Shown one piece after another: positions 8,849 to 20,331 of a DNA stretch of 64,000 nt. A program made the translations under genes and the position numbers. The stretch comes from Vicinamibacteria bacterium (GTDB lineage Bacteria; Acidobacteriota; Vicinamibacteria; Marinacidobacterales; Marinacidobacteraceae), in assembly GCA_963422395.1 (NCBI GenBank), contig OY729431.1, forward strand, positions 2,656,001-2,720,000, in the 5' to 3' direction. The notes below the pieces were generated by a model. That model ran no database searches. It was given only the letters and a program-made list of their open reading frames with translations, and was not told where the DNA came from. Numbering within the stretch: position 1 is the stretch's first letter; every line of letters begins with the position of its first letter.

Positions 8849-9796
8849 TCAGCCGGCTCCCATTCCGAGCCTGAGGCCCAGCTCCTGGAGGATCCGCTGG
8901 ATCTCCTCGATGCTCTTGCGTCCGATGTTGCGCTCCTTCAACAGATCCTGTTCACTCTTCACCACGAGGTCTCCTATCGTTGCGATGTCCGCATTCCGGA
9001 GACCGTTGTACGCACGAACCGAGAGGCGATCGGAGTAATCATCGATCGCTGTCATCCGGTACGCATCATACGCTCGTTGTTCTTCGCTGATCACTACATC
9101 ATCCGTCGTCTCGTTCTCGGAACCCACGAAAATTCCCAACATCTCCCGAAGGAGTCGGGAAGCCGTAGTGATCGCATCCTGTGGTACCACGGCACCATTC
9201 GTGTGCACTTCGATCACGAGATGATCGAAATCGGTGTCTTGTCCGACTCGTGCCGGTTTGATCTCGTAGTTGACTTTCCGCACCGGAGAATGCGTTGAAT
9301 CCACCGGTATGTAGCCCGCTTCGAGATCCAGGTCCCGATTCTTCTCAGCTGCCACATACCCTCGCCCGTTCTTAACACGCATCTCGATATCGAGCTCGCC
9401 AGGCTGGGTCATCGTCGCGATATAGACATCCCGATCGAGGATGTCCACATTCATGTCGGTCTCGAGGTTGGCTGCTGTCAGTTTTCCCGGTTTCTTCGTT
9501 CGCAGCCGGACCGTTCTCGGCAAATCTCCGTGAAGGATCAATGGTACGCGCTTCAAGTTGAGGATGATGTCCAGCGTGTCTTCCTTGACTCCCGGAATTG
9601 CAGAGAATTCGTGTGGTATGCCAACGAAATTGATCGCCGTTATGGCAGCACCCTCGATGGACGAAATCAGAAGTCGTCTAAGGGCATTGCCGATCGTCAC
9701 TCCGTAACCACGTTCGAACGGATGGGCAGAAAAACGCCCATAGAATCGAGTGCTTTGCTCAACGGTAAGGCCGCTCGGCCGTTGAAGTTCAGACAT
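8849..9796 (-). CDS. rpoA: RNA polymerase alpha subunit
   Basis: PFERGYGVTIGNALRR, HEFSAIPGVKED, ARVGQDTDFD, LSVRAYN, GRKS. Confidence 0.98.
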   Translation of the reverse strand: MSELQRPSGLTVEQSTRFYGRFSAHPFERGYGVTIGNALRRLLISSIEGAAITAINFVGIPHEFSAIPGVKEDTLDIILNLKRVPLILHGDLPRTVRLRTKKPGKLTAANLETDMNVDILDRDVYIATMTQPGELDIEMRVKNGRGYVAAEKNRDLDLEAGYIPVDSTHSPVRKVNYEIKPARVGQDTDFDHLVIEVHTNGAVVPQDAITTASRLLREMLGIFVGSENETTDDVVISEEQRAYDAYRMTAIDDYSDRLSVRAYNGLRNADIATIGDLVVKSEQDLLKERNIGRKSIEEIQRILQELGLRLGMGAG

Positions 9797-9822
9797 TTGC
9801 GCCGTTCTTTCCTCTCTTCACG

Positions 9823-10455
9823 CTAGCGTGAGTACAACTCGACGATGAGTTGCTCGCGAATCTTGAGCTGTGGATCGTCGCCGGCGGGAAGAGTCACGAC
9901 GCGTCCCGAAGCCAGATCCTCGGGCTCGCGCTCGAGCCAGTCCGGGACCGTACGGGCTTCCGCCGCTTCGATGAGCTGTTTGAAGAAATCCTTCTTCCGC
10001 GTCTTCTGGCAAACTCGGACCACATCTCCCTGATCGATGATGCGGGATGGAATATCCACGCGCTTTCCGTTCACCTCCACATGACCGTGACGAACGAAAA
10101 GGCGCGCCGCCGCACGCGAAGGAGAAAGCCCGAGTCGGTACACCGTGTTGTCGAGACGTCGTTCGAGCAATTGCAGCAAGTAGGTGCCGGTCACCGCTCG
10201 TTCACGCTCGGCCCGTTCGAAGTAGAGACGGAACTGCCGCTCGAGCAAGCCATAGACACGCTTGGCCTTCTGTTTCTCACGAAGCTGCAGCCCATATCCC
10301 TGGACGCGGCTGCGCCTCGCCTTGCCGTGCGCTCCGGGAGCGAAATTCCTCTTGTCGATCGCGCATTTGGGACTGAGGCATCGTTCACCCTTCAAGAAGA
10401 GTTTTGCTCCCTCCCGGCGACAGAGTCGACACACGGGACCACGGTATCTCGCCAC
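9823..10455 (-). CDS. rpsD: 30S ribosomal protein S4
   Basis: ARYRGPVCRLCRREG; LERRLDN; IVELYS. Confidence 0.98.
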   Translation of the reverse strand: MARYRGPVCRLCRREGAKLFLKGERCLSPKCAIDKRNFAPGAHGKARRSRVQGYGLQLREKQKAKRVYGLLERQFRLYFERAERERAVTGTYLLQLLERRLDNTVYRLGLSPSRAAARLFVRHGHVEVNGKRVDIPSRIIDQGDVVRVCQKTRKKDFFKQLIEAAEARTVPDWLEREPEDLASGRVVTLPAGDDPQLKIREQLIVELYSR

Positions 10456-10464
10456 GATTTTCTC

Positions 10465-10866
10465 CTAGTTCCGGCGTTTCTTGGGGGGCCGGCACCCGTT
10501 GTGGGGAATCGGAGTGACATCCCGAATGGAGCGAACTTCGATCCCGGCAGCAGCCACGGCACGGATCGCAGCTTCGCGCCCCGCGCCGGGCCCCTTCACC
10601 CGTACATCCACATGGGTGCAGCCGAGCGAGCGAGCCTCGCGCGATGCCGCGCCGGCCGCCTGCTGGGCCGCAAACGGCGTCTGCTTCCGGGAGCCGCTGA
10701 ATCCCTGGGACCCGGCGCTCGACCAACAAACGACATTGCCAGCCGGATCAGCGAAAGTGATGATCGTGTTGTGGTATGTCGCATGGATCGAAACGACGCC
10801 GGCGGTCAGGGTGCGCTTTTCACGCTTCTTGCCGGTTCGTCGTTTTGCGGTCTTCTTTTTTGCCAT
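10465..10866 (-). CDS. rpsK: 30S ribosomal protein S11
   Basis: [14 protein letters not shown]. Confidence 0.98.
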   Translation of the reverse strand: MAKKKTAKRRTGKKREKRTLTAGVVSIHATYHNTIITFADPAGNVVCWSSAGSQGFSGSRKQTPFAAQQAAGAASREARSLGCTHVDVRVKGPGAGREAAIRAVAAAGIEVRSIRDVTPIPHNGCRPPKKRRN

Positions 10867-10918
10867 GTTACTCTGGATTCCTGGTCCGATTCTCTCTTGG
10901 GAGGGAACGAGCGTATCC

Positions 10919-11284
10919 TCAGCGGCGTCTCATTCCGACGCGGCGCGGGCCGCGGCGCGTGCGCGAATTCGTTTTGGTGCGTTGCCCGCGAGCTGGCAGC
11001 CCACGGCGATGCCGGAGCCCCCGATAACAGCCGATGTCCATGAGACGTTTGAGATCCATCGCGACACGCTTGCGCAGATCACCTTCGACCCCGCCTTGGT
11101 CGTCCATGACCCGTCCGATGCGGCTGACCTCGTCCTCGGTCAGCTCGCTCACCTTTCGGTCCGGCTCGATACCGGCTTTCGAAAGAATGCTGCTTGCGCG
11201 AACGAATCCCACTCCGTATATACGAGTGAGGCCGATATCGATCCGCTTGGCGCGCGGCAAGTCAACGCCGGCGATCCTAGCCAT
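10919..11284 (-). CDS. rpsM: 30S ribosomal protein S13
   Basis: [10 protein letters not shown]; [20 protein letters not shown]. Confidence 0.98.
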   Translation of the reverse strand: MARIAGVDLPRAKRIDIGLTRIYGVGFVRASSILSKAGIEPDRKVSELTEDEVSRIGRVMDDQGGVEGDLRKRVAMDLKRLMDIGCYRGLRHRRGLPARGQRTKTNSRTRRGPRRVGMRRR

Positions 11285-11359
11285 GAATTACACCCTCCCG
11301 TCTTCTCACGCGTCTCGTTCGCCGCGTCGAAATTCTGATTCGAACAGCCGCCCGAAAGT

Positions 11360-11473
11360 TCATCCCTGGCGCTGCTTGTGTTTTGGATTTTCACAAATCA
11401 CCCGCACGACGCCTCGCCGACGAATGATTTTGCATTTGACGCACATGCGTCTCACGGAGGTCCGAACCTTCAT
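11360..11473 (-). CDS. rpmJ: 50S ribosomal protein L36 (Zn-ribbon form)
   Basis: Hand translation: [37 protein letters not shown]. Below the ORF-track size cut-off. Confidence 0.97.
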   Translation of the reverse strand: MKVRTSVRRMCVKCKIIRRRGVVRVICENPKHKQRQG

Positions 11474-11483
11474 CACTCTGCCA

Positions 11484-11705
11484 CTACTTGCATCGATATA
11501 CGATCCTGCCTCGAGTCAGATCGTATGGGGAAAGCTCCACCAGGACTCGATCTCCCGGCAACACCTTGATGAAGCTCTTCCGCATCTTTCCCGAAACATG
11601 TGCGAGCACCTTGTGGTCGCCGCTGTCGAGTTTGACGCGGAACATCGCATTGGGCAAAGGCTCCATGACGATTGCTTCCATCGAAATCGAATCTTCTTTG
11701 GACAT
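11484..11705 (-). CDS. infA: Translation initiation factor IF-1
   Basis: [36 protein letters not shown]. Confidence 0.97.
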   Translation of the reverse strand: MSKEDSISMEAIVMEPLPNAMFRVKLDSGDHKVLAHVSGKMRKSFIKVLPGDRVLVELSPYDLTRGRIVYRCK

Positions 11706-11728
11706 GTTTTCTCCGAAGGGCGCCGCGG

Positions 11729-12490
11729 TCAGGCGTCCTGACCTCTCGGCTCCGACAGCACCCACGGTTCCCCGTTGGTGACAGCGATGGAGCGCTCGAA
11801 ATGTGCGGACTGACTGCCGTCCGCAGTAACGACCGTCCAGCGGTCCCGCTTCACTCGGACACCGGGACCACCGTGGTTCACCATGGGTTCGATGGCGATC
11901 ACCGCGCCCGGGATCAGGCGCACTCCCTCTCCCGGGTCGCCGAAATTCGGAATCCAGGGTTTCGTATGCAGACTCGTACCGATACCGTGGCCACCGTACT
12001 CGCGCACTACAGAGTAGCCATGCTTTTCCACATGGACCTGGATGGCATGTCCGATATCGGAGATCCGACCCCCTGGCCGCGCGGCGTCGATCCCGGCATA
12101 GAGTGCCTGTTCGGCGACCGTGAGGAGCTGGACGGTGTGATCCGCCACCTCTCCCACCGGGAAGGTCATGGCGTTGTCACCGTAGTAACCGTCCACGATA
12201 CATCCGAAGTCGAGACTCACGATGTCACCATCACAGAGCCTCCGCCATCTCGACGGAATCCCGTGCACCACTTCGTCGTTGATGGAGACACAAAGCGTGG
12301 CGGGAAATCCCTTGTACCCTTTGAACGCCGGTTCCACGCCATGTCTTTTGAGATTTTCGGCCGCCATGCGGTCGAGATGAGCGGTAGTTACTCCGGGTTC
12401 TACGGCGCCGCGCAGAAGCTCCAGCGTCTCTACCGTGATGGCATTCGCTTGGTGGAGCTTGTCGAGCTCGGCTTCCGAACGAGAAATCAC
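11729..12490 (-). CDS. map: Methionine aminopeptidase type I
   Basis: [28 protein letters not shown]. Confidence 0.97.
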   Translation of the reverse strand: MISRSEAELDKLHQANAITVETLELLRGAVEPGVTTAHLDRMAAENLKRHGVEPAFKGYKGFPATLCVSINDEVVHGIPSRWRRLCDGDIVSLDFGCIVDGYYGDNAMTFPVGEVADHTVQLLTVAEQALYAGIDAARPGGRISDIGHAIQVHVEKHGYSVVREYGGHGIGTSLHTKPWIPNFGDPGEGVRLIPGAVIAIEPMVNHGGPGVRVKRDRWTVVTADGSQSAHFERSIAVTNGEPWVLSEPRGQDA

Positions 12491-13068
12491 GATGCCGCCA
12501 CCTCAGCCATTCTGCCCGTGAGCACCGTCATCACGCGATCGTAGATTTCTTCTCGGGAACCGAGGCCGCAAACGGGCATCACCCGGTCCTGATAGTAGTC
12601 GAGCAGCGGCTGCGTCTCCGTCTCATAGACATCCAGGCGGCGGCGAAAAGCGTCCTCCTTGTCGTCTTCACGACCGTCCTGCTGCCGCCTTTCGCGCACC
12701 CGGGCCATGAGTTCCTGGTGGGAGACCGCGATGTTCAAGATCCTGCCGATAGCGCCGAGACGCTCCAGAACTTCGTCGAGGGCCGTCGCCTGCGATTCGT
12801 TCCGGGGGTATCCATCGAGGATGAAGCCACGGCCGCAATCGGCGGCGGCGAGCCTCTCCTCGACGATGCCGGTCACGATCCGATCACTCACCAGGCCGCC
12901 TGCTTCCATGATTTCGCGGGCGGCTCGTCCCAACTCGGTCCCTTCCTCCACGGCCTTACGGAGAATGGCGCCGGTCGAGATGTGCGGCACCGATAGCGCT
13001 TCCGCAAGCCGAGCCGCCTGGGTGCCCTTCCCGGCACCCGGAGGTCCGAGAAGAATGATCGCATTCAT
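12487..13068 (-). CDS. adk: Adenylate kinase (short-LID type)
   Basis: LLGPPGAGKGTQA, FILDGYPR, GREDD with no LID domain. Confidence 0.97.
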   Translation of the reverse strand: MNAIILLGPPGAGKGTQAARLAEALSVPHISTGAILRKAVEEGTELGRAAREIMEAGGLVSDRIVTGIVEERLAAADCGRGFILDGYPRNESQATALDEVLERLGAIGRILNIAVSHQELMARVRERRQQDGREDDKEDAFRRRLDVYETETQPLLDYYQDRVMPVCGLGSREEIYDRVMTVLTGRMAEVAAS

Positions 13069-13095
13069 GGAAATCACAGAGTGCAGCGAGACCTT

Positions 13096-14478
13096 CTAGC
13101 GCCGTCCTCTGACGCGCCCCCGGCGCAAGAATCCATCGTAATTGCGCATGATGAGTTGGCTTTCCACCTGCTGTGCCGTATCCATCGCCACTCCGACGAC
13201 GATGAGGATGGAGGTTCCGCCGAAATAGAAGGTCACGCCGAGTCCCTCGGTAACGAAGGCCGGCAGTACCGAATCGAGCCAAGCTCCGATCACCGGAATC
13301 GGCGCCACGGTGAAACCGTTCAACAGGAACTCCGGAAGAACCGCAACCGCGGCGAGATAGATCGCACCTACGAAGGTGAGCTTGGCCAGCACCGAATCGA
13401 GGTAGCGCGCAGTCGGTCGTCCCGGCCGAATCCCGGGAATGTAGCCGCCACTCTTCCGCATGTTGTCCGCCACATCGGCGGGCTTGAATACGATTGCCGT
13501 GTAGAAGTAACAGAAAAACAAAATCGCCGTCACATAGAGCAGCGTGTAGAGAGGCATCCCCCAGCGCAACTGCTCTGCTATCGCTGCCATCCAACGGCTC
13601 TCGGTGAAGAGAGAGGCGAAAGTCTGCGGAAGAGCGATGATCGAACTGGCGAAAATCACCGGGATCACTCCACCGGTGTTGATCTTCAGCGGGATGTGGG
13701 TGGACTGGCCCTGGTACATCCGGCGGCCCACGAAACGTTTTGCGTACTGTACGGGAACCCTCCGTTGACCGCGTTCTATGAATACGATGAACGCAAGGAC
13801 CGCTACCATGAAAATGATCAGTACGATGACGCCGAAGACGGTCTGCTGCCCCACTCGGATGTTCTGGACTGTGGTCATGACCGCTGACGGAAACATCACC
13901 ACGATTCCGGCGAAGATCAGGAGCGACATCCCGTTGCCGATACCCCGCTCTGTGATCTGTTCGCCGATCCACATGATGAAAACCGTCCCGGCAGTCATCG
14001 TGAGGATCGTCATCGAGGTGAATCCGAGCCCCGGTTCGTTCACCAGGTTCATCCCGTCGGGCAGGCTTTGGCTCTGCAAGAAGACTGCGATGCTGGCCGA
14101 CTGGATGACGGCGAGAATGACGGTTCCGTAGCGAGTGTATTGGGTGATCTTCTTGCGACCGAGTTCGCCTTCCTTGCTGAGCTTTTCGAGATACGGCCAG
14201 ACGAGGGTCAGAAGCTGCAAGATGATGGACGCACTGATGTAGGGCATGATGCCGAGTGCGAACACGGTGACCTGCGACAGATTCCCCCCCGAGAACATGT
14301 CCACGAATCCGAACCAGGTCGCCCGATTCTGCTCGAAGAACGCGGTCAACGCAGCCGGATTGACTCCGGGTGTTGGCACATGGTTTCCGAGCCGGTACAC
14401 CGCAAGCATCCCGAGCGTGAACAGAATTCGGATCCGCAGATCCGGAATCCGAACGATGCTGCGAATGGAATTGATCAC
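13096..14478 (-). CDS. secY: Preprotein translocase SecY
   Basis: FALGIMPYISASII, GIGNGMSL, IPGIRPG, FGGTSILIVVGV. Confidence 0.98.
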   Translation of the reverse strand: MINSIRSIVRIPDLRIRILFTLGMLAVYRLGNHVPTPGVNPAALTAFFEQNRATWFGFVDMFSGGNLSQVTVFALGIMPYISASIILQLLTLVWPYLEKLSKEGELGRKKITQYTRYGTVILAVIQSASIAVFLQSQSLPDGMNLVNEPGLGFTSMTILTMTAGTVFIMWIGEQITERGIGNGMSLLIFAGIVVMFPSAVMTTVQNIRVGQQTVFGVIVLIIFMVAVLAFIVFIERGQRRVPVQYAKRFVGRRMYQGQSTHIPLKINTGGVIPVIFASSIIALPQTFASLFTESRWMAAIAEQLRWGMPLYTLLYVTAILFFCYFYTAIVFKPADVADNMRKSGGYIPGIRPGRPTARYLDSVLAKLTFVGAIYLAAVAVLPEFLLNGFTVAPIPVIGAWLDSVLPAFVTEGLGVTFYFGGTSILIVVGVAMDTAQQVESQLIMRNYDGFLRRGRVRGRR

Positions 14479-15005
14479 TCTGAAATTCCGACTGTCTGCT
14501 GGACCGCAGCCTGGACGATGGTTTCGGCGGAACCGCCCGCTGCTTCGATCTTCTGACGCGCAGAGGCGCTGAAGGCGTGGGCGCGGACCGTCAGCCGCCG
14601 CTCGATCGCTCCTCCACCCAGAATCTTGATCCGCGCGCGGCGCGGGCGGATCAGTACCGGAGGTCGATCGGGCCCGGTCGAGTAGAGCCGACCGTTTCGA
14701 ACCAGGCGAGCCGCGACCAACTCGATTTCCCCCACCACTGCGTCGTCCTCGAATCCGTTCAGATCCTGTAGGTTCACTACCTCGTACTCCTGCCGAAAGA
14801 TGTTCGTGAAACCTCGTTTCGGAACACGACGGATGAGCGGCATCTGCCCGCCTTCGAAACCACGGCGCCGCGAATACCCCGACCGAGACCGGGCGCCCTT
14901 GTGCCCACGACCAGAAGTCTTCCCCGTGCCAGAGCCTGGGCCGCGGCCAACTCGCTTTCTCGGCCGAACCGCTCCGTCAGGCGGCGTCAGTGCATGAAGA
15001 CTCAC
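14475..15005 (-). CDS. rplO: 50S ribosomal protein L15
   Basis: RVGRGPGSGTGKTSGRGHKG, GFEGGQMPL. Start re-assigned to the GTG at 15005. Confidence 0.95.
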   Translation of the reverse strand: MSLHALTPPDGAVRPRKRVGRGPGSGTGKTSGRGHKGARSRSGYSRRRGFEGGQMPLIRRVPKRGFTNIFRQEYEVVNLQDLNGFEDDAVVGEIELVAARLVRNGRLYSTGPDRPPVLIRPRRARIKILGGGAIERRLTVRAHAFSASARQKIEAAGGSAETIVQAAVQQTVGISE

Positions 15006-15045
15006 GGCTGTCCTCCCGAACTGCTCTCCGTTTCCGAACCGCCGC

Positions 15046-15294
15046 TCACGCGCCGCTCTGCTCTTTCGCCGCCTCGACGATGCGAACGAGGTGGGCGACA
15101 CGCCGCACCATCCCGCGAATCATCGGGGTATCGGGCCGAGAAACGATAGCGCCCACCCGACGGAGACCGAGTCCCCGCACGACTTCGCGCTGATAGTGCG
15201 TAGTACCTGCGAGTCCGCGCACCAGCTGCACCGTGATCGAGGCCTGGGTTCCAAGACTGTGTATTTCACGAGATATTTCCTTGTTGCCTTCCAT
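15046..15294 (-). CDS. rpmD: 50S ribosomal protein L30
   Basis: GLGLRR..DTPMIRGMVRRVAHLV; conserved position between rpsE and rplO. Confidence 0.93.
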   Translation of the reverse strand: MEGNKEISREIHSLGTQASITVQLVRGLAGTTHYQREVVRGLGLRRVGAIVSRPDTPMIRGMVRRVAHLVRIVEAAKEQSGA

Positions 15295-15305
15295 GACTCC
15301 TGAAC

Positions 15306-15860
15306 CTAGGCGGAGATCTCCGCCTCGATATGACTCACATCCTTGCCCCGAAGCTCCGCCACTCCCGCTTTCGATCGAAGCGAGAGCAGCCCGGCCATCG
15401 TGGCCTCGACCACATTCTTCGGGTTCGCGGTCCCGAGCGACTTCGTCAGAATATTTTTGATCCCCGCGAGCTCGATCACCGCCCGCACCGGGCCGCCGGC
15501 GATGACTCCCGTTCCCTCGGCAGCCGGCTTCAGCAGTACCCGCCCCGCCCCGAACACTCCCACCACCTGGTGCGCGATCGTCGATCCCTCCCGGGGAATC
15601 ACCGTCAGATTCTTCTTGGCGATCTCGATTCCCTTCTTGATCGCCGCCGGCACTTCACGCGCCTTCCCGAGTCCGAATCCGACGCGGCCATCCTCGTTTC
15701 CTACGACCACCAGCGCCGAAAAGGAAAGATTCTTTCCACCCTTCACTACCTTCGTGACCCGGTTGATCGAGACCACCTTGTCTTTGAGGTCCGGATCTCC
15801 CGTGCGTTCCACCTGCATGTTTCGGGGGCTGCGCGGTTGCCGCCGACCGGCGGAATCCAT
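15306..15860 (-). CDS. rpsE: 30S ribosomal protein S5
   Basis: [31 protein letters not shown]. Start uncertain. Confidence 0.97.
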   Translation of the reverse strand: MDSAGRRQPRSPRNMQVERTGDPDLKDKVVSINRVTKVVKGGKNLSFSALVVVGNEDGRVGFGLGKAREVPAAIKKGIEIAKKNLTVIPREGSTIAHQVVGVFGAGRVLLKPAAEGTGVIAGGPVRAVIELAGIKNILTKSLGTANPKNVVEATMAGLLSLRSKAGVAELRGKDVSHIEAEISA

Positions 15861-15862
15861 AC

Positions 15863-16216
15863 TCAACACCGGATGCCTCCTTCCCGCACTGCCTCGGCGA
15901 GAGCCTTGATGCGGCCGTGGTATCGAGCACCGCCGCGATCGAACACGACGACCTCGATCCCGGCGGCCCGCGCGCGTTCGGCGAGCGCCTGCCCCACGCG
16001 GACGGCGCTTTCGACATTGCCGCCGCCCTCGATTTCGGACTCTCGACTGCCTGCGGCAACCAGGGTTCGCCCTGCTGCATCGTCGATGACCTGTGCGTAG
16101 ATGTGGTTCAGCGATCGAAAGACCGCGAGGCGCGGACGTTGGATCGTCCCTACGACCTTCCTGCGGATGCGGGCGTGAATACGCCGCCGCGCACCGCGAC
16201 GGCTTTCGATTCGCAT
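15863..16216 (-). CDS. rplR: 50S ribosomal protein L18
   Basis: [29 protein letters not shown] at 16216 follows an AAGGA RBS. Confidence 0.97.
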   Translation of the reverse strand: MRIESRRGARRRIHARIRRKVVGTIQRPRLAVFRSLNHIYAQVIDDAAGRTLVAAGSRESEIEGGGNVESAVRVGQALAERARAAGIEVVVFDRGGARYHGRIKALAEAVREGGIRC

Positions 16217-16241
16217 GATGTCCTTCTCTACCTCATAGCTC

Positions 16242-16778
16242 TCAGGCGCCCGTCTTGCCGGCCCTCTTGATGAGGCGTTCTCCGGTATAACGAATACCCT
16301 TCTGCTTGTACGGATCTGGCTTTCGAAGCGCCCGAATGCGGGCCGCAACTTCTCCGACTACCTGTTTGTCATATCCGGATACAACGATGTGCGTGTTCTT
16401 TTCGATCTGGACTTCGATTCCGTCGGGCAGTGGAAATTCGATCGGATGAGAGTAGCCGAGCGAGAAGTTGATAGTCCTGCCCTTGATCTGCGCCCGGTAT
16501 CCGACCCCCACGATGTCCAACTCTTTCCGGAACCCCTTGGAGAGTCCGATCACGGCATTGGCGAGCAACGCCCGGGTCAGACCCCAATACGCTCTGCTCT
16601 GTGCATCCTTCGCTGAGCAGAGTACGCGGAGCACGCCGTTTTCCCGTCGAACCTCCACTCCCGAAAGGATCGGGGTGTCGAGCGTGTGTTTCCCCGCTTC
16701 GAGCCGGACCTCTCTGGCTCCGAGAGTGACCTCGACGCCATCCGGAATTGGAATCGGTTTCGAACCTATACGGGACAT
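16242..16778 (-). CDS. rplF: 50S ribosomal protein L6
   Basis: [28 protein letters not shown]. Confidence 0.98.
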   Translation of the reverse strand: MSRIGSKPIPIPDGVEVTLGAREVRLEAGKHTLDTPILSGVEVRRENGVLRVLCSAKDAQSRAYWGLTRALLANAVIGLSKGFRKELDIVGVGYRAQIKGRTINFSLGYSHPIEFPLPDGIEVQIEKNTHIVVSGYDKQVVGEVAARIRALRKPDPYKQKGIRYTGERLIKRAGKTGA

Positions 16779-16799
16779 TTTCCGATCACCGATCAGAGG

Positions 16800-17195
16800 T
16801 CACCAGACCTCGAACAACACTTCGCCGCCCACCCCGAGGCTGCGCGCCTGCCGCCCGGTCATCACTCCGCGCGAAGTCGAAAGGACAGTAACTCCGAGGC
16901 CACCCTGGGCCTTCGGAATCCGAGCGTGGGAGACATACACCCTCGTTCCCGGCTTCGAAACCCGCTTCAGACCGCTCAGAGCATCCCGATTCCCCGGAAG
17001 ACGCCGCAGTCCGATGCGGATCGTGTCCTGCGGAGGCGCCGAGCGGCGTTCCCAACGATCCACATAGCCTTCCTCCTGAAGAATCCGGGCGATTTCCTGC
17101 TTCAGTTTCGAAGCCGGGATTTCGACGAAATCGTGCCGGGCCATCACCGCGTTGCGAAGTCGGGTGAGCATGTCAGCGACTGGATCAGACCACAC
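16800..17195 (-). CDS. rpsH: 30S ribosomal protein S8
   Basis: DPVADMLTRLRN, STSRGVMT, GVGGEVL. Confidence 0.98.
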   Translation of the reverse strand: MWSDPVADMLTRLRNAVMARHDFVEIPASKLKQEIARILQEEGYVDRWERRSAPPQDTIRIGLRRLPGNRDALSGLKRVSKPGTRVYVSHARIPKAQGGLGVTVLSTSRGVMTGRQARSLGVGGEVLFEVW

Positions 17196-17207
17196 CTCGA
17201 GCCTCCC

Positions 17208-17393
17208 TTACCAACTCGCCTTGATCACTCCCGGGATTTCCCCGGCGAGTGCCAATTTCCGGAAACAGAGGCGGCAAAGTCCGAACTTCCTCAAATAAGC
17301 ACGCGGCCGACCGCAACTCAGGCAGCGGTTGTAACGCCGCACCGAGAACTTAGGTCGAGCCTTGGCCTTGGCGATCAGAGATTTTTTTGCCAC
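17208..17393 (-). CDS. rpsN: 30S ribosomal protein S14 type Z (Zn-binding)
   Basis: [32 protein letters not shown]. Confidence 0.98.
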   Translation of the reverse strand: MAKKSLIAKAKARPKFSVRRYNRCLSCGRPRAYLRKFGLCRLCFRKLALAGEIPGVIKASW

Positions 17394-17426
17394 AACCGTC
17401 CCTCTCGAATTTTCTCGTCCGAAAAA

Positions 17427-17975
17427 TCAACCATCCCGACGCGCAAACGGCATTCCGAACGCACGAAGCAGTGCTTTCGCTGCTTCATCGCGGGTCGCCG
17501 TAGTGCAAATCGTTACATTCATTCCACGAGTTTTCTCGACCCTGGAATAGTCGATTTCCGGAAATACCGACTGATCTGTCAGACCTAGTGTGTAGTTGCC
17601 CCGGCCATCGAAGCTGCGCTCCGATACCCCGCGGAAGTCGTGCACTCGTGGAAGTGCGATATTGATGAGTCGATCCATGAATTCGTACATCCGCACACCT
17701 CGCAAGGTCACCCGAGCGCCAACGGGCATCCCTTCACGGATCTTGAAATTCGCTATGGATTTCCTGGCCCTGGTGACAACCGGACGCTGCCCAGTGATCG
17801 CCACCAGATCATCGAGAGCGGCATCTATGAACTTGTGTTCTCGTGCCCCCTCGCCGACTCCCATATTGATGACCACCTTGGTGACCTTCGGCACCGCATG
17901 AACGCTGCTGATACCGAGTTCCGTCCTGAGCTCGGGAGCGATAGCCTCGCGGTAACGGGAAAGCAGGCGGCTCAT
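17427..17975 (-). CDS. rplE: 50S ribosomal protein L5
   Basis: [22 protein letters not shown]. Confidence 0.98.
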   Translation of the reverse strand: MSRLLSRYREAIAPELRTELGISSVHAVPKVTKVVINMGVGEGAREHKFIDAALDDLVAITGQRPVVTRARKSIANFKIREGMPVGARVTLRGVRMYEFMDRLINIALPRVHDFRGVSERSFDGRGNYTLGLTDQSVFPEIDYSRVEKTRGMNVTICTTATRDEAAKALLRAFGMPFARRDG

Positions 17976-18331
17976 CTGTCGATCACTCCCTGCGAGCGAA
18001 CGCTGACCCGAACCTTGCGTCCGTCGGTAAGTCGAGTACGCCGAATTCTGGTGGGGAGGTTCGTCTCCGGATCCACGATCATCACATTACTGAGCGCTAT
18101 CGCCGCCTCACGCTCCACCACGCCTCCCTTGATGTTCTGGCGCGGATTGGCCTTCGTGTGACGCTTGATCATGTTGATCCCTTCGACGAGCACACGGCCC
18201 GCTTCGGGAAAAAGACGAAGAATCCTGCCTCGCTTGCCGGCATCACTTCCGCTGAGAATCTGCACCAGGTCGTTCTTCCGGACATGGATTCTCCGGGGGA
18301 CTGCATTCCCCTTCGTTCGGGCCACTCTCAC
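17972..18331 (-). CDS. rplX: 50S ribosomal protein L24
   Basis: KOW motif [31 protein letters not shown]. Confidence 0.96.
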   Translation of the reverse strand: MRVARTKGNAVPRRIHVRKNDLVQILSGSDAGKRGRILRLFPEAGRVLVEGINMIKRHTKANPRQNIKGGVVEREAAIALSNVMIVDPETNLPTRIRRTRLTDGRKVRVSVRSQGVIDR

Positions 18332-18696
18332 AAGACCTCGGGTGCCAGGGAAATGATCTTCATGAACTGCCGCTCACGCAGCTCGCGCGCCACCGGTCCG
18401 AACACGCGCGTCCCGGTGGGTTCACGCTGCTCGTTGATCAGTACCGCGGCGTTGTCACCGAAACGGATATAGGAGCCGTCAGCGCGCCGATGCTCTTTCC
18501 GTGTTCTCACGATGACCGCTCTTACCACCGTGCCCTTCTTCACTGCGCTTCCTGGTGCTGCTTCTCGGACCGAAGCGGTGATGACATCACCGAGACGCGC
18601 GATACGCCCCACACCGCCACCGAGCGGCAGGATGCATACGACGCGCCGGGCACCCGAATTATCAGCGACTTGAAGCACGGACTGCATTTGGATCAT
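18328..18696 (-). CDS. rplN: 50S ribosomal protein L14
   Basis: [33 protein letters not shown]. Confidence 0.98.
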   Translation of the reverse strand: MIQMQSVLQVADNSGARRVVCILPLGGGVGRIARLGDVITASVREAAPGSAVKKGTVVRAVIVRTRKEHRRADGSYIRFGDNAAVLINEQREPTGTRVFGPVARELRERQFMKIISLAPEVL

Positions 18697-18938
18697 GTCG
18701 CTCGCTCCAGGATCCTGATCAGCCGAAAGTGTTTGGTCCGGGACATCGGCCGACATTCCTCGATCATCACCCGGTCACCTACTTTCCCTTCGTTCTTTTC
18801 GTCGTGGACCGTGAAGCGAGTGGATTTCTTGTAGCGCCGCTTGTAGAGCGGGTGCTCCACCAGACGCTCCACGCGCACGCTGATCGTCTTCTCCGCACGG
18901 TCGGTGACCACGGTTCCGGTCTTGATCAGTTTTGGCAT
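18693..18938 (-). CDS. rpsQ: 30S ribosomal protein S17
   Basis: [27 protein letters not shown]. Confidence 0.97.
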   Translation of the reverse strand: MPKLIKTGTVVTDRAEKTISVRVERLVEHPLYKRRYKKSTRFTVHDEKNEGKVGDRVMIEECRPMSRTKHFRLIRILERAT

Positions 18939-18965
18939 GACTTCCTCGGTTGCGTGAGTCGCTCC

Positions 18966-19187
18966 TCAGCCAGCAGCTTTCCTTTCTCCTGCAGCCGGTT
19001 CGAGTTCCCGTTCGCGGACAATGGTGCGGAAACGGGCTAGCCGGCGCCGGAGCAACTGCACTTTATGGGTGTGCCCGAGCTGGCCGGTCGCCGCTTCGAG
19101 ACGCGCATCGAACAGCTCTCGACGAACCTCTTGTTCCTTCCGGAGAAGTTCTTCGTGGCTCAAATCCCGAATCTCCACTGCCTTCAT
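18966..19187 (-). CDS. rpmC: 50S ribosomal protein L29
   Basis: [33 protein letters not shown]. Confidence 0.95.
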   Translation of the reverse strand: MKAVEIRDLSHEELLRKEQEVRRELFDARLEAATGQLGHTHKVQLLRRRLARFRTIVRERELEPAAGERKAAG

Positions 19188-19606
19188 GACGGATTCTCCT
19201 CGAAACGACCGACGAACTGCGTTCGCACTGGAAGCTTGTGGCTGGCAAGCCGCATCGCCTCCACGGCCTGATCTCGAGAAACTCCCTCCATCTCGAAGAG
19301 CACTCTCCCGGGCCGCACCACCGCCACCCACGATTCGGGCCCACCCTTTCCCTTACCCATTCGGGTCTCCTGAGGCTTCTTGGTGAGCGGTTTGTCTGGA
19401 AAGATTCGAATCCAGACGCGCCCGGTCCGCCGTACGAATCGAGTGATCGCAACCCGGGCGGATTCGATCTGTCGGTTCGTGATCCATCCCGGCTCCAGCG
19501 TTTTGAGTCCAAAATCTCCGAAGGACACCAACTGCCCGGTCCACGACTTCCCCCGCATCCGACCGCGCTGCTGCTTGCGGTACCGAGTCTTCTTGGGCGT
19601 CAACAT
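19184..19606 (-). CDS. rplP: 50S ribosomal protein L16
   Basis: [23 protein letters not shown]. Confidence 0.98.
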   Translation of the reverse strand: MLTPKKTRYRKQQRGRMRGKSWTGQLVSFGDFGLKTLEPGWITNRQIESARVAITRFVRRTGRVWIRIFPDKPLTKKPQETRMGKGKGGPESWVAVVRPGRVLFEMEGVSRDQAVEAMRLASHKLPVRTQFVGRFEENPS

Positions 19607-19627
19607 GACATTACTCCTCGCCGCGGC

Positions 19628-20329
19628 TCAGGCCGACGGCGCCGACTCCTCCGCGGCAGGCGTTGCCGGACGACCCGGATGTTCCCCTCGGCGAGGCCGG
19701 CTGACCATATCGCTCACTCCGCGGTAAACCCAGCACTTGACGCCGATCTGGCCGTAGGTAGTGAACGCTTCGGCAAGGCCGTACTCGATATCGGCCCGAA
19801 GCGTGTGCAAAGGAAGCTGCCCCTCCAAATACCACTCAGACCGAGCGATGTCGGCTCCATTCAGCCGACCGGCGCATCGAATCCTGACTCCCTTGGCGCC
19901 ATTGCGCATCGTGTTCTCCACGGCTTTCCGCATAGCTCGGCGGAAGGCTATTCGCTTCTCGAGCTGGAGGGCTATGGACTCTGCCACCAACTGCGGGTCG
20001 AGTTCGGGTTTGATGACCTCGAGAGGACGAATATGGACTTCCTTGCCGGTCCGCTTCCGCAAATCGCGAGTGAGCTTCTCGACTTCGGTACCTTTTCGAC
20101 CAATGATGATCCCCGGTCTCGAGGTGTGGATGTAGATGTTCAATTTGTTGCCCGGACGCTCGATCTCCACGCGAGAAATCCCGGCGTGATAGAGGCGCCG
20201 CTTCAGCAGACGCCGAAGTTTCAAATCCTCATGCAGGGAGTCGCGGTAGGAACCCGATGCGAACCAGCGAGAACGCCAGGTCTTGCTGTATCCGAGTCTG
20301 AATCCGTACGGATGTACTTTCTGACCCAT
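19628..20329 (-). CDS. rpsC: 30S ribosomal protein S3
   Basis: [32 protein letters not shown]. Confidence 0.98.
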   Translation of the reverse strand: MGQKVHPYGFRLGYSKTWRSRWFASGSYRDSLHEDLKLRRLLKRRLYHAGISRVEIERPGNKLNIYIHTSRPGIIIGRKGTEVEKLTRDLRKRTGKEVHIRPLEVIKPELDPQLVAESIALQLEKRIAFRRAMRKAVENTMRNGAKGVRIRCAGRLNGADIARSEWYLEGQLPLHTLRADIEYGLAEAFTTYGQIGVKCWVYRGVSDMVSRPRRGEHPGRPATPAAEESAPSA

Positions 20330-20331
20330 GG

